Positions 16,685 to 24,816 of a DNA stretch of 32,832 nt are shown here, piece after piece. The position numbers were made by a program, and so were the translations under genes. The stretch comes from Aquificaceae bacterium. Lineage in GTDB: Bacteria; Aquificota; Aquificia; Aquificales; Aquificaceae. The notes under the pieces were generated by a model. That model made no database searches, had not been told where the DNA came from, and was given only the letters and a program-made list of their open reading frames with translations. Positions within the stretch are counted from its first letter, which is position 1, and each line of letters opens with the position of its first letter. The DNA is taken from assembly GCA_041640635.1 (NCBI GenBank), contig JBEPZX010000013.1, positions 1 through 32,832 of the forward strand, given 5' to 3'.

Positions 16685-18277
16685 TTAAATAACTACCTGC
16701 TTGGCAAATAGTATGTTGGGCAGCTTTCTCAGTTCTTCCATAACGTCCTCTGGTATGTAGTCATCCAAGTTGAGAATACCTAAAGCTATTCCACCTTTCT
16801 TTTCTCTACCTAACCTAAACCCTGCTATATTTACGTTTGCATTTCCAAGCAATGTGCCTATCTTGCCTATTACACCCGGAACGTCTTTGTTTTCAAATAC
16901 AAGCATTATACCCTCTGGCTCTACATCAACCATGTAACTATCTATTTGAAATATTCTAGGAATGTAACCTTCTAGCACCGTTCCTGCTACAATTCTTGTG
17001 GATCCGTCGGACTTTGCCACAACTTTTATGTAATGTTTGAAGTCTTCACTTTCTTCCGATGTCAATTCTTCTACCTTTATACCCCTATCCTTTGCCACAT
17101 AAGAAGCATTAATTATATTTACAGGAAAATCCACAGTTTCCTTAAGGATACCCATAAGCACAGCAGAAGCTATAGGATGAAAGTGATATGAGATATCACC
17201 TCTTACTTCTATATGTAATTCTCTAATTCCTTCACTTGCCCACTGGACAATAAATTTTCCTATTTTTTCTGCAAGATCAAGATGAGGTTTTATGAGTGAT
17301 AAAACTGATAAATCTGGAAATGGAGCGTTTACAACGTACTCTACCGTTTGACCTCTTAGGGCTTTTATGACCTGCTGAGCTACAATTACCGCTACGTTAT
17401 CTTGAGATTCATAAGTGTTTGCTCCTATGTGTGGTGAGAGAGAGACGTTTGGAAAGTTTTTAATCTTCTCTATAAATTCATAAGGAGGAGGCTCTTTTGA
17501 AAATACATCCAATCCTACACCCGAAAGTTTCTTTGTTTCAAGTGCCCATATAAGATCTTCGTCTTTTACTATACCTCCCCTTGCACAGTTGATCAAAACA
17601 GCTCCATCTTTCATTAACTCGAATTCCTTTTTTGTTATCATGTTTTTAGTTTCATGCGTAAGAGGTGCGTGTATCGTGAGTATGTCTATCTGCTTTAACA
17701 TTTCGTGTAGGTTGTCTAAAAGTTTTACGCCTAGTCTATCCGCCTTTTCTTTTGGTATGTAAGGATCATAAGCCATAACCTTCATCCCAAAAGCTTTGCA
17801 TCTTATGGCTACCTGCGATCCGATGTTTCCAAGACCGATTATTCCCAAAGTTTTTCCATACAGTTCTGTTCCCATAAAGAACTTCCTATCCCATCTGCCT
17901 TCAGTAATAGAATTGTGAGCGACATGAGCATTCCTTATTACGCTTAGCATGTGGCATATAGTTAGCTCAGTAGCACCTATGGTGTTTGCTCCAGGTGTGT
18001 TGACCACTAAAATACCTCTAAGAGAGGCTGCATCTATATCTACGTTATCTACACCTACACCCGCCCTTCCTATGACCTTTAAGTTTACACCTCTATCTAT
18101 AAGCTCCTTTGTTACGGGTGTTCTACTACGTGTAACAATACAATCATAATTTTCTACTATTTCTAAGAGTTCCTCATAGGAAATGTCCGGTTCATTATCA
18201 ACTTGTATATCCTCTTCCTTCCTGAGAATTTCTATACCTTTTTCCGAAATGGGATCCGTAATAAGGACCTTAAACAT
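16685..18277 (-). CDS. serA: D-3-phosphoglycerate dehydrogenase (long form with ASB and ACT domains)
   Basis: RAGVGVDNVD, GLGNIG, NCARGGIV, PHIGANT, C-terminal D.PGVIG ACT domain; AGGAGG SD. Confidence 0.97.
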   Translation of the reverse strand: MFKVLITDPISEKGIEILRKEEDIQVDNEPDISYEELLEIVENYDCIVTRSRTPVTKELIDRGVNLKVIGRAGVGVDNVDIDAASLRGILVVNTPGANTIGATELTICHMLSVIRNAHVAHNSITEGRWDRKFFMGTELYGKTLGIIGLGNIGSQVAIRCKAFGMKVMAYDPYIPKEKADRLGVKLLDNLHEMLKQIDILTIHAPLTHETKNMITKKEFELMKDGAVLINCARGGIVKDEDLIWALETKKLSGVGLDVFSKEPPPYEFIEKIKNFPNVSLSPHIGANTYESQDNVAVIVAQQVIKALRGQTVEYVVNAPFPDLSVLSLIKPHLDLAEKIGKFIVQWASEGIRELHIEVRGDISYHFHPIASAVLMGILKETVDFPVNIINASYVAKDRGIKVEELTSEESEDFKHYIKVVAKSDGSTRIVAGTVLEGYIPRIFQIDSYMVDVEPEGIMLVFENKDVPGVIGKIGTLLGNANVNIAGFRLGREKKGGIALGILNLDDYIPEDVMEELRKLPNILFAKQVVI

Positions 18278-18355
18278 TTTAACCTCCTGAAAGAAGCTTA
18301 AAGCTAATTATTATAATGTAACTTGATCTGTGCTGAATAAAACAAATAGGTATGG

Positions 18356-18865
18356 TTAATGGGAGTGCTGGCCCCTTATTTCAATAACGTTAGGAATTAA
18401 CAAGCCATATCCCTTCTGTTGCCAATACAGAATTTCTGGGATGGCTGAAGGTACGAGTTCGACAAAGGGATAGAAATCCTTTTCTGTAAGTCCGTATATT
18501 CCTCTAGCTGCCATACCACATATCTTGAATTTGACTCCAAGCTGAGAAAGGCTTTCGAGTCTCTCTACAACCTCCGAATACTTCCCTTTGTTAGCTTTGG
18601 CAAACACTGGTATCTCTCTGCCATGGGATACAACTACTATGTCTATTTCTTCAGGTGAGAAGTTATAGGGTGGATTTGTTAAAACCCTTATTAAGTTGCC
18701 GACCCATCCAAGTGCGGGTCCAAGCTTCTCTGGATGATCAAGAAAAAGTTCAAATACGGCTTTAAAGGGTTTTTGGTTTTGGTAAGGTGTCTGAACAAAC
18801 TGTGCCTTCTCTTGTGAAAAGGTTAAACCAACTATAAACAACAGCAAAAGCGCAATCCGGCTCAT
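18356..18865 (-). CDS. exported DsrE-family protein
   Basis: Signal-peptide-like N-terminus; IVVVSHG, GVKFKICG, VPSA..E...WQQKGY. Confidence 0.85.
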   Translation of the reverse strand: MSRIALLLLFIVGLTFSQEKAQFVQTPYQNQKPFKAVFELFLDHPEKLGPALGWVGNLIRVLTNPPYNFSPEEIDIVVVSHGREIPVFAKANKGKYSEVVERLESLSQLGVKFKICGMAARGIYGLTEKDFYPFVELVPSAIPEILYWQQKGYGLLIPNVIEIRGQHSH

Positions 18866-18871
18866 GGTTTA

Positions 18872-19342
18872 TTAACCTCCCAGTTTCTTTATTATGCTTT
18901 CTACATGTCCCTTTGCTTTTACGTTATACCAAGCTTTGGCTATGGTAAAGTCTGGATTTATTAGGAAGGTGCTTCTGATGATACCTTCCGTTTCCTTACC
19001 GTACATCACCTTTTTGCCGTAAGCTCCGTACGCTTTTGCGACAGTTTTGTCGGGATCGCTAAGCAAGATGAAGTTCAAACCGTATTTTTTCTGGAACTTT
19101 TTGTGAGACTCTACGCTGTCTGGACTGACACCTACTACCCTAATACCCTTAGACAAAAACGCGTTTATGTTGTCTCTAAAGTCGCAACCTTCCTGTGTGC
19201 ATCCTGGCGTGTCATCTTTGGGATAAAAGTAGAGTATCAACTGCTGATTCAGAAGATCCCTTAGACAGAATTCTCTCTCTTCGCCTTTTTCATCAATACC
19301 TTTCAAACAAAAATCCGGTGCTCTATCTCCCTCTTTTAGCAT
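18872..19342 (-). CDS. bcp: thioredoxin-dependent peroxiredoxin BCP
   Basis: YFYPKDDTPGCTQEGC (C-x4-C), GVSPD, LLSD, GIIRSTFLI. Confidence 0.95.
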   Translation of the reverse strand: MLKEGDRAPDFCLKGIDEKGEEREFCLRDLLNQQLILYFYPKDDTPGCTQEGCDFRDNINAFLSKGIRVVGVSPDSVESHKKFQKKYGLNFILLSDPDKTVAKAYGAYGKKVMYGKETEGIIRSTFLINPDFTIAKAWYNVKAKGHVESIIKKLGG

Positions 19343-19355
19343 AATGCTTATATTA

Positions 19356-19380
19356 TACCCCCACCACTAAGGTGGGAGTA
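19356..19380 (-). terminator. GC-rich stem-loop after cfiA (possible terminator or mRNA stabiliser)
   Basis: UACUCCCACC-UUAGU-GGUGGGGGUA, 10 bp with one G-U, 5 nt after the cfiA stop; no U-tract follows. Confidence 0.55.
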
Positions 19381-19385
19381 TGATC

Positions 19386-21350
19386 TTAACCATACATGGG
19401 TTCTTCTTTTGCGGCTTCTATCCTAAGCAATGCATCATCGGGTGTTACGTTGTCACCTGGTTTTACGAATATCTTCTTTACAACTCCAGCTATTGGTGCG
19501 TGTATCTCGTTTTCCATCTTCATGGCTTCCACTATAGCCACCGTTTGTCCTTCTTGCACGGCATCCCCTTCGTTAACCAAAACTCTTACCACCCTTCCAG
19601 GCATAGGAGCTGTTGCGTCCCCTGGTTGTGTGGCTCTTGGAATTCCCTTTTCTTCACCTTGTGCTACAGTTTGTGATACACCACCCGCAGGTATAGCTTC
19701 AACGAACGGTGTGAGCTGAATTTCCTCTAACTTTCCATCAACTCTTATGTAATACTTTCTGGGTTTGCCTGGTTCAGCGTGAGCGCTTACTCCCTCGACT
19801 TTAACTTTGAACTTCTCGCCATGATACACCACTTCGAACTCAACGGGAGCTGCACCTGGCACAGTGCCGGCTTTCACTTCTGTTGCTGAAAGCTCTTCTG
19901 TAGGTTCTGGCACTAACTCTCCTTTTTCTCTTGCTATAAAGAAGTCCTTGGCTTGCATAGGGAAGAGCGCATAAAGCAATACTTCCTCCTCCGTTGGTTC
20001 TCTTCCTACTATACCCTTGGTTTCTTGGTAAGCTTTGTTCCAGTCCTCTGGATCTGCAAGGTCTCCAGCTCTTATAGAGAAGTCTGGAGATTTTCCAGGA
20101 CCCAGTATTTTTTCTGATAGCTCTGGAGATATGGGACCTGGTGGTTTCCCATACTTTCCTTCTATGTAATCCCTTACTTCCTTTGTGATCACTTTGTAAC
20201 GTTCTCCGGATATCACGTTCAATACAGCTTGAACACCTACTATCTGCGAGGATGGTGTAAGAAGCGGTGGGTATCCTAGGTCTCTTTCTACGTTGGGGAC
20301 TTCTTCTAGGGCTTCCTCTATCTTGTCCAGTGCGTTGGCTTCTATGAGCTGTGCCACCATGTTGGATATCATTCCACCAGGTATTTTGTGTATCAACACT
20401 TTGGCGTTTACGCCGGCGTATTCGGTTTCGTACTTTTTATACTTCTTTCTTATCTGCTTGGTGATTTCCGATAGCTCGTCTAGTTTGCGCATATCCAATC
20501 CCGTATCGAAGGGTGTCCCTTCAAGCATGGCAACTACAGACTCCGTAGCTGGGTGGGATGAACCAAAAGCCAAAGGAGAAAGAACCGTATCGAGCATGTC
20601 CACACCTGCAAGCACCGCCATCATGTGGTTCACTATGGCTGTTCCGCTCATGTCGTGGTTGTGAAGCAGGACGGGCATCTTGTTTTGCGTCGCTTCCTTT
20701 ATACCCTTTATTATTGCGTAAGTCTCAAGAGGCATTATTATGCCTGTGGCGTCCTTAAAGGAAAGCCAATGGGCTCCCATTTCGGCTATCTCTAAGGCAT
20801 ACTCTATCCATTTTTGGTAGGTGTGGACTGGGCTTCTGGTGTAGCTTATCTCTGCGTGAGCTTCGCCACCTAACTCTTTTATCGCTTTTACCGCAACCTC
20901 TATATTTCTGTTATCGTTTAAGGCATCGAAAACTCTAAATACGGTTATACCGTTGGCTATCGCTTTTTCTACGAACTTGTAAACTAATTTGTCCGACTTG
21001 GGTCTATATCCCACTATGCTCTGACCTCTGAAGAGCATCTGGAGCTTTGTTTTTGGCATGACTTCCTTTATTCTACGCAACCTTTCCCATGGATCTTCTT
21101 TCAGATACCTCAAGCACACATCGTAGGTAGCTCCTCCCCAAACCTCAACGGCGTAAAAACCTACATCGTCCATCTTCTCACACAGAGGTAAGAGATCATC
21201 GGTTCTAACACGAGTTGCCAGTTTACACTGCTGCCCGTCTCTGGGTGTTAGGTCTGTGATGAGAATGCGTTTTTTTATTCCTTGTCCATTGCCAACGGAT
21301 TTTAATTGTTCTTTTAAATCATCAACAACGTCCGCCATACTTTTAAACAT
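19386..21350 (-). CDS. cfiA: 2-oxoglutarate carboxylase large subunit (carboxyltransferase + biotin carrier)
   Basis: RDGQQCKLATR, WGGATYD, EDPWERL, KDATG (KDMAG in pyruvate carboxylase), HNHD, EAMKM biotinylation site; closely resembles Hydrogenobacter CfiA as recalled. Confidence 0.93.
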   Translation of the reverse strand: MFKSMADVVDDLKEQLKSVGNGQGIKKRILITDLTPRDGQQCKLATRVRTDDLLPLCEKMDDVGFYAVEVWGGATYDVCLRYLKEDPWERLRRIKEVMPKTKLQMLFRGQSIVGYRPKSDKLVYKFVEKAIANGITVFRVFDALNDNRNIEVAVKAIKELGGEAHAEISYTRSPVHTYQKWIEYALEIAEMGAHWLSFKDATGIIMPLETYAIIKGIKEATQNKMPVLLHNHDMSGTAIVNHMMAVLAGVDMLDTVLSPLAFGSSHPATESVVAMLEGTPFDTGLDMRKLDELSEITKQIRKKYKKYETEYAGVNAKVLIHKIPGGMISNMVAQLIEANALDKIEEALEEVPNVERDLGYPPLLTPSSQIVGVQAVLNVISGERYKVITKEVRDYIEGKYGKPPGPISPELSEKILGPGKSPDFSIRAGDLADPEDWNKAYQETKGIVGREPTEEEVLLYALFPMQAKDFFIAREKGELVPEPTEELSATEVKAGTVPGAAPVEFEVVYHGEKFKVKVEGVSAHAEPGKPRKYYIRVDGKLEEIQLTPFVEAIPAGGVSQTVAQGEEKGIPRATQPGDATAPMPGRVVRVLVNEGDAVQEGQTVAIVEAMKMENEIHAPIAGVVKKIFVKPGDNVTPDDALLRIEAAKEEPMYG

Positions 21351-21371
21351 ACCTTGCCTCCTTAAGGTTTT

Positions 21372-22790
21372 TTATAAACCATGGTAATTTGCTATAACAG
21401 CGGATATAAAAGCTACAAAATCTTCCTTATTCTTTGGCTCTTCGTAGTCAAAGAGCTCTGGATGTGTTTCCAGATACTTGGTGGTGAACTTGCCTTCTCT
21501 GAAATCCTTATCCTTCATTATCTCTATTAGCAAAGGTATTGTAGTCTTTACACCGGTTATCTCGTAAGTTTCTAAGGCTGCTCTCATTCTCTCTATGGCA
21601 ACATCAAATGTTGGAGCCCACGTAATCAACTTAGCTATCATGGAATCATAGTAAGGAGTGACTTCAAACCCCCTCGACGCTGCATGCTCCACTCTTATAC
21701 CGAACCCGCCGGGTGCGTAGTATCTCTCTATGGTTCCTATGCTTGGTGCAAAGTTCTTCTTAGGATCCTCTGCGTTTATTCTACACTCTATGGCGTACCC
21801 TCTGAAGGTTATGTCTTCTTGTTTGTACTTTAACGGTTCACCTGCGGCTATTCTCAGTTGCCACTTTACTATATCCACACCCGTTATCATCTCCGAAACG
21901 GGATGCTCCACTTGAACACGTGTGTTCATCTCTATGAAGTAGATATTACCTTTTTCGTCGGCGACAAACTCCATAGTACCAGCACTGTAGTAACCTATCT
22001 GCTTTGCGGCTTGTGCCACTATCTCACCGTAATAGGCTCTCTTACCGGGTGTGAGTATGAGGGATGGAGCTATTTCTACGAGCTTTTGGTTTCTTCTTTG
22101 TATGGAGCAGTCCCTTTCGCCCAGATGTATGACATTCCCGTATTTGTCACCAAGGACCTGAAACTCTATGTGTCTTGGATTCTCTATGAACTTTTCTAGC
22201 AAAAGGTCGCCTCTTCCAAAGGCCTTTTGTGCCTCGTTGTAAGCGAGCTCATAGTTTTTCAAGAGCTCCTCTTCGTCTCTGCATATTCTTATACCTCTAC
22301 CGCCACCGCCCGCAGAAGCTTTCAGAAGAACGGGATAACCTATCTCTTTGGCTATTTGCTTGGCTTCCTGTTCATCCTTGAGTATGCCATCGCTTCCAGG
22401 AACGGTTGGAACACCCAGTTTTTTCATTATCTCTTTGGATCTTGCCTTGTCTCCCATAAGTTCGATAACCTTCCAGTGGGGACCAACGAAGTTTATTCCT
22501 TTCTCTTCGCAAAGCCTTGCAAAGTGCTCATTTTCGGCTAAAAATCCGTAACCGGGATGTATGGCATCAGCTCCTACTTCCAAAGCCAGATCTACTATTC
22601 TTTCGGCATTGAGATATGTATCAAGGGGATTTGTGCCTATCATGTAAGCTTCGTCTGCCATCTTGACGTGTCTTGCGGTAGATTCAATTTCGTTGTATAT
22701 GGCAACTGTAGAAATACCAAGCTCTTTACAGGCTCTTATGATTCTACAAGCTATCTCACCTCTGTTTGCCACCAATACCTTTTTTAACAT
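21372..22790 (-). CDS. cfiB: 2-oxoglutarate carboxylase small subunit (biotin carboxylase)
   Basis: ANRGEIA, HPGYGFLAEN, GGGGRG, RDCSIQRRNQK, EMNTRVQVEH, YYDSMIAK; adjacent to cfiA; ATG 22790 after GGAGG. Confidence 0.92.
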   Translation of the reverse strand: MLKKVLVANRGEIACRIIRACKELGISTVAIYNEIESTARHVKMADEAYMIGTNPLDTYLNAERIVDLALEVGADAIHPGYGFLAENEHFARLCEEKGINFVGPHWKVIELMGDKARSKEIMKKLGVPTVPGSDGILKDEQEAKQIAKEIGYPVLLKASAGGGGRGIRICRDEEELLKNYELAYNEAQKAFGRGDLLLEKFIENPRHIEFQVLGDKYGNVIHLGERDCSIQRRNQKLVEIAPSLILTPGKRAYYGEIVAQAAKQIGYYSAGTMEFVADEKGNIYFIEMNTRVQVEHPVSEMITGVDIVKWQLRIAAGEPLKYKQEDITFRGYAIECRINAEDPKKNFAPSIGTIERYYAPGGFGIRVEHAASRGFEVTPYYDSMIAKLITWAPTFDVAIERMRAALETYEITGVKTTIPLLIEIMKDKDFREGKFTTKYLETHPELFDYEEPKNKEDFVAFISAVIANYHGL

Positions 22791-22801
22791 GCCTACCTCC
22801 A

Positions 22802-23218
22802 CTACAGGAGTTCAACGGAATACTCTATGGGTGCTACTTTGTTTATCATGTAAGCGATAGAGCATGTGCCAGGGTTGTATATGGTTTTGTCCAAGGCTTT
22901 TTTTACGTCCTCTTGGCTAACGTTTCCTTTGACTTTAACCTTTAGGTATATCTTTGTAAACACCTTAGGATATCCTTCTGTTACTCTTTCTGCGTCCGTT
23001 TCTACTTCTATGTGTTCTGTCTCTTTACCTTCCTTGTGTAGAGCTTCATAGAGGTGTATACCTACACATCCAGCTATGGAGTGAAAGAGTAGCTCCGGCG
23101 GTCTTATACCTCTTCCTTTACCGCCCACGTATCCGGCGGCATCTATAGGCACCTCTTTACCCCAATCACCTATACCTACAAAATGAAAGTCTTCCTTCTG
23201 TGCAACCTTTACCTTCAT
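22802..23218 (-). CDS. OsmC/Ohr-family protein (YhfA-like)
   Basis: GG..G..P.ELL....AGC, P.VFTKI.L, TCSI; both family Cys residues present; AGGAGG SD. Confidence 0.88.
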   Translation of the reverse strand: MKVKVAQKEDFHFVGIGDWGKEVPIDAAGYVGGKGRGIRPPELLFHSIAGCVGIHLYEALHKEGKETEHIEVETDAERVTEGYPKVFTKIYLKVKVKGNVSQEDVKKALDKTIYNPGTCSIAYMINKVAPIEYSVELL

Positions 23219-23247
23219 TCTATCCTCCTAAGGTTATTGAACATTTA

Positions 23248-23373
23248 ATTATAATAGAACATTCAAAAAGTTCTAAGAAAAATCATATGGTTTTCATCAT
23301 GTAAAGATAAACTTATCCATCTTTTCTGCATTAAGCATCAAATACAGACCTAATTATAATTGATAAAAATCAT
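23248..23373 (-). promoter_or_regulatory. osmC-cfiBA promoter with three 14-bp ATGAT-N4-ATCAT-like sites
   Basis: TTAGAA(23271-23276)-17-TATAAT(23248-23253) on the minus strand; sites at 23273-23286, 23287-23300 and 23360-23373. Confidence 0.5.
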
Positions 23374-23456
23374 AATATACCAATTATACTTTAGAAAGGC
23401 ATCTTAATTTCTTCATACTTTTGAAAATCTTCTTGTTCTGTTTAAACTATTTTTTT

Positions 23457-24494
23457 ATGAAACATTTACTTAATTACACGCTTACTGAATTTAGGAAAGA
23501 ATTGGAAGGTATAAGCTTGCAAAGGTATAGAGCTGATCAAGTATTTAATTGGGTATACAAAAGGTTTGAGTTGGATTTTGAGAATATGACTAATCTGCAA
23601 AAGGACATAAGAAAGAAGCTAAAAGAGTTATACTATCCCCATTCATTGGAGCTGATTTCAAAAATTGTGGCGTCTGATTCTACCAAGTATCTTTTTAGGA
23701 CAAGAGATGGGCATATTGTAGAGACAGTTTTAATATTCGAAAGAGATCACTTAACTTTGTGCATATCTTCTCAAATAGGATGTGCTGTAGGATGTAAGTT
23801 TTGTGCTACTGCTTTGGACGGATTAGTTAGGAACCTAAGTGCTGGTGAGATTATAGATCAATTCATACAAGTTCAGAAGGATGTTGCTGCAAAAATAAGA
23901 AACGTGGTTTTTATGGGTATGGGTGAGCCCTTAGCGAACTACGAAAATGTCAGAAAGAGTGTAGAGATAATGGTCAGTCCTTGGGGGCTAGACCTTTCTA
24001 AACGTAGGGTAAGTGTGTCTACAAGCGGTATTATCTCTCAACTTCAAAAAATGATGCATGACCCTCTCATGAAGGAGATAAATTTGGCAATTTCTATAAA
24101 CGCTACCACTCAAACTATGAGAAGCCATTTAATGCCTATTTCCAGGTCTAATACTTTGGAAGACTTATTTGATGTATTAAAAAAATTTCCTTATCCAGAG
24201 GACAGACGAATAATGTTAGAGTATGTTTTGATAGATGGGGTTAACGATTCTATCGAAGATGCTAAAAGGTTGGCAAGTTTGATAGGAAGCTACAAAAGAA
24301 AGTTTAAAGTGAATCTTATTCCCTTCAATCCTGATCCAAACCTTCCTTACGAAAGACCAAGCATGGATAAGGTTTTAGCTTTCCAGAAAGCGCTCTGGCA
24401 ACATAACATATCTGCTTTTATAAGGTTAAGTAAGGGCTCGGAAGTTTTTGGCGCGTGTGGGCAGCTCAGAAATAGACTTATAAAGGAAAGCTAA
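23457..24494 (+). CDS. rlmN: 23S rRNA/tRNA adenine C2-methyltransferase RlmN
   Basis: CISSQIGCAVGCKFC radical-SAM motif, FMGMGEP, GACGQL. ATG 23457 is preceded by TTGAAA-16-TAAACT. Confidence 0.97.
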   Translation: MKHLLNYTLTEFRKELEGISLQRYRADQVFNWVYKRFELDFENMTNLQKDIRKKLKELYYPHSLELISKIVASDSTKYLFRTRDGHIVETVLIFERDHLTLCISSQIGCAVGCKFCATALDGLVRNLSAGEIIDQFIQVQKDVAAKIRNVVFMGMGEPLANYENVRKSVEIMVSPWGLDLSKRRVSVSTSGIISQLQKMMHDPLMKEINLAISINATTQTMRSHLMPISRSNTLEDLFDVLKKFPYPEDRRIMLEYVLIDGVNDSIEDAKRLASLIGSYKRKFKVNLIPFNPDPNLPYERPSMDKVLAFQKALWQHNISAFIRLSKGSEVFGACGQLRNRLIKES

Positions 24495-24558
24495 AATCAC
24501 TTAAATCTGTTAATTATTAATTGAAATTCTTAAGTTTCTTCCGATATTATTAATAGCT

Positions 24559-24816
24559 ATGGTTGATAAAGTGCAACTTCAACAGATAGTTAACTATATA
24601 ATAGAAAAGGAAAAAAAAGGTATACAAAAGAGCACTAAAGAAGACAGAGAAGTGGAAATTACACTATCGCAAGCTGTAAGAGATAAAACTCCAACTAATT
24701 ACGAGGATATTCAGAAAAAGGTAGAGAGTATCAAAGAACAAATGGCAAAAGGAGCCTACCAAGTAGACCCCGAAAGTATAGTGAAAGGTATAGAGAAGTA
24801 TCTTTCCTTAAGGTGA
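24559..24816 (+). CDS. flgM: anti-sigma-28 factor FlgM
   Basis: V.I.LS, KV..IK..M..G.YQVD...I..G. Confidence 0.85.
   Translation: MVDKVQLQQIVNYIIEKEKKGIQKSTKEDREVEITLSQAVRDKTPTNYEDIQKKVESIKEQMAKGAYQVDPESIVKGIEKYLSLR

Noticed and set aside
19386..22790. Pyruvate carboxylase, oxaloacetate decarboxylase or AccC annotation
   Set aside because: QQC/KDATG active-site substitutions and close resemblance to CfiA favour 2-oxoglutarate carboxylase; no oadBG nearby.
19380..23051. Numerous + strand ORFs (e.g. 19396-19719, 20293-20664, 21858-22199, 22227-22541)
   Set aside because: Antisense shadows of cfiA, cfiB and osmC; no family motifs or translation signals.
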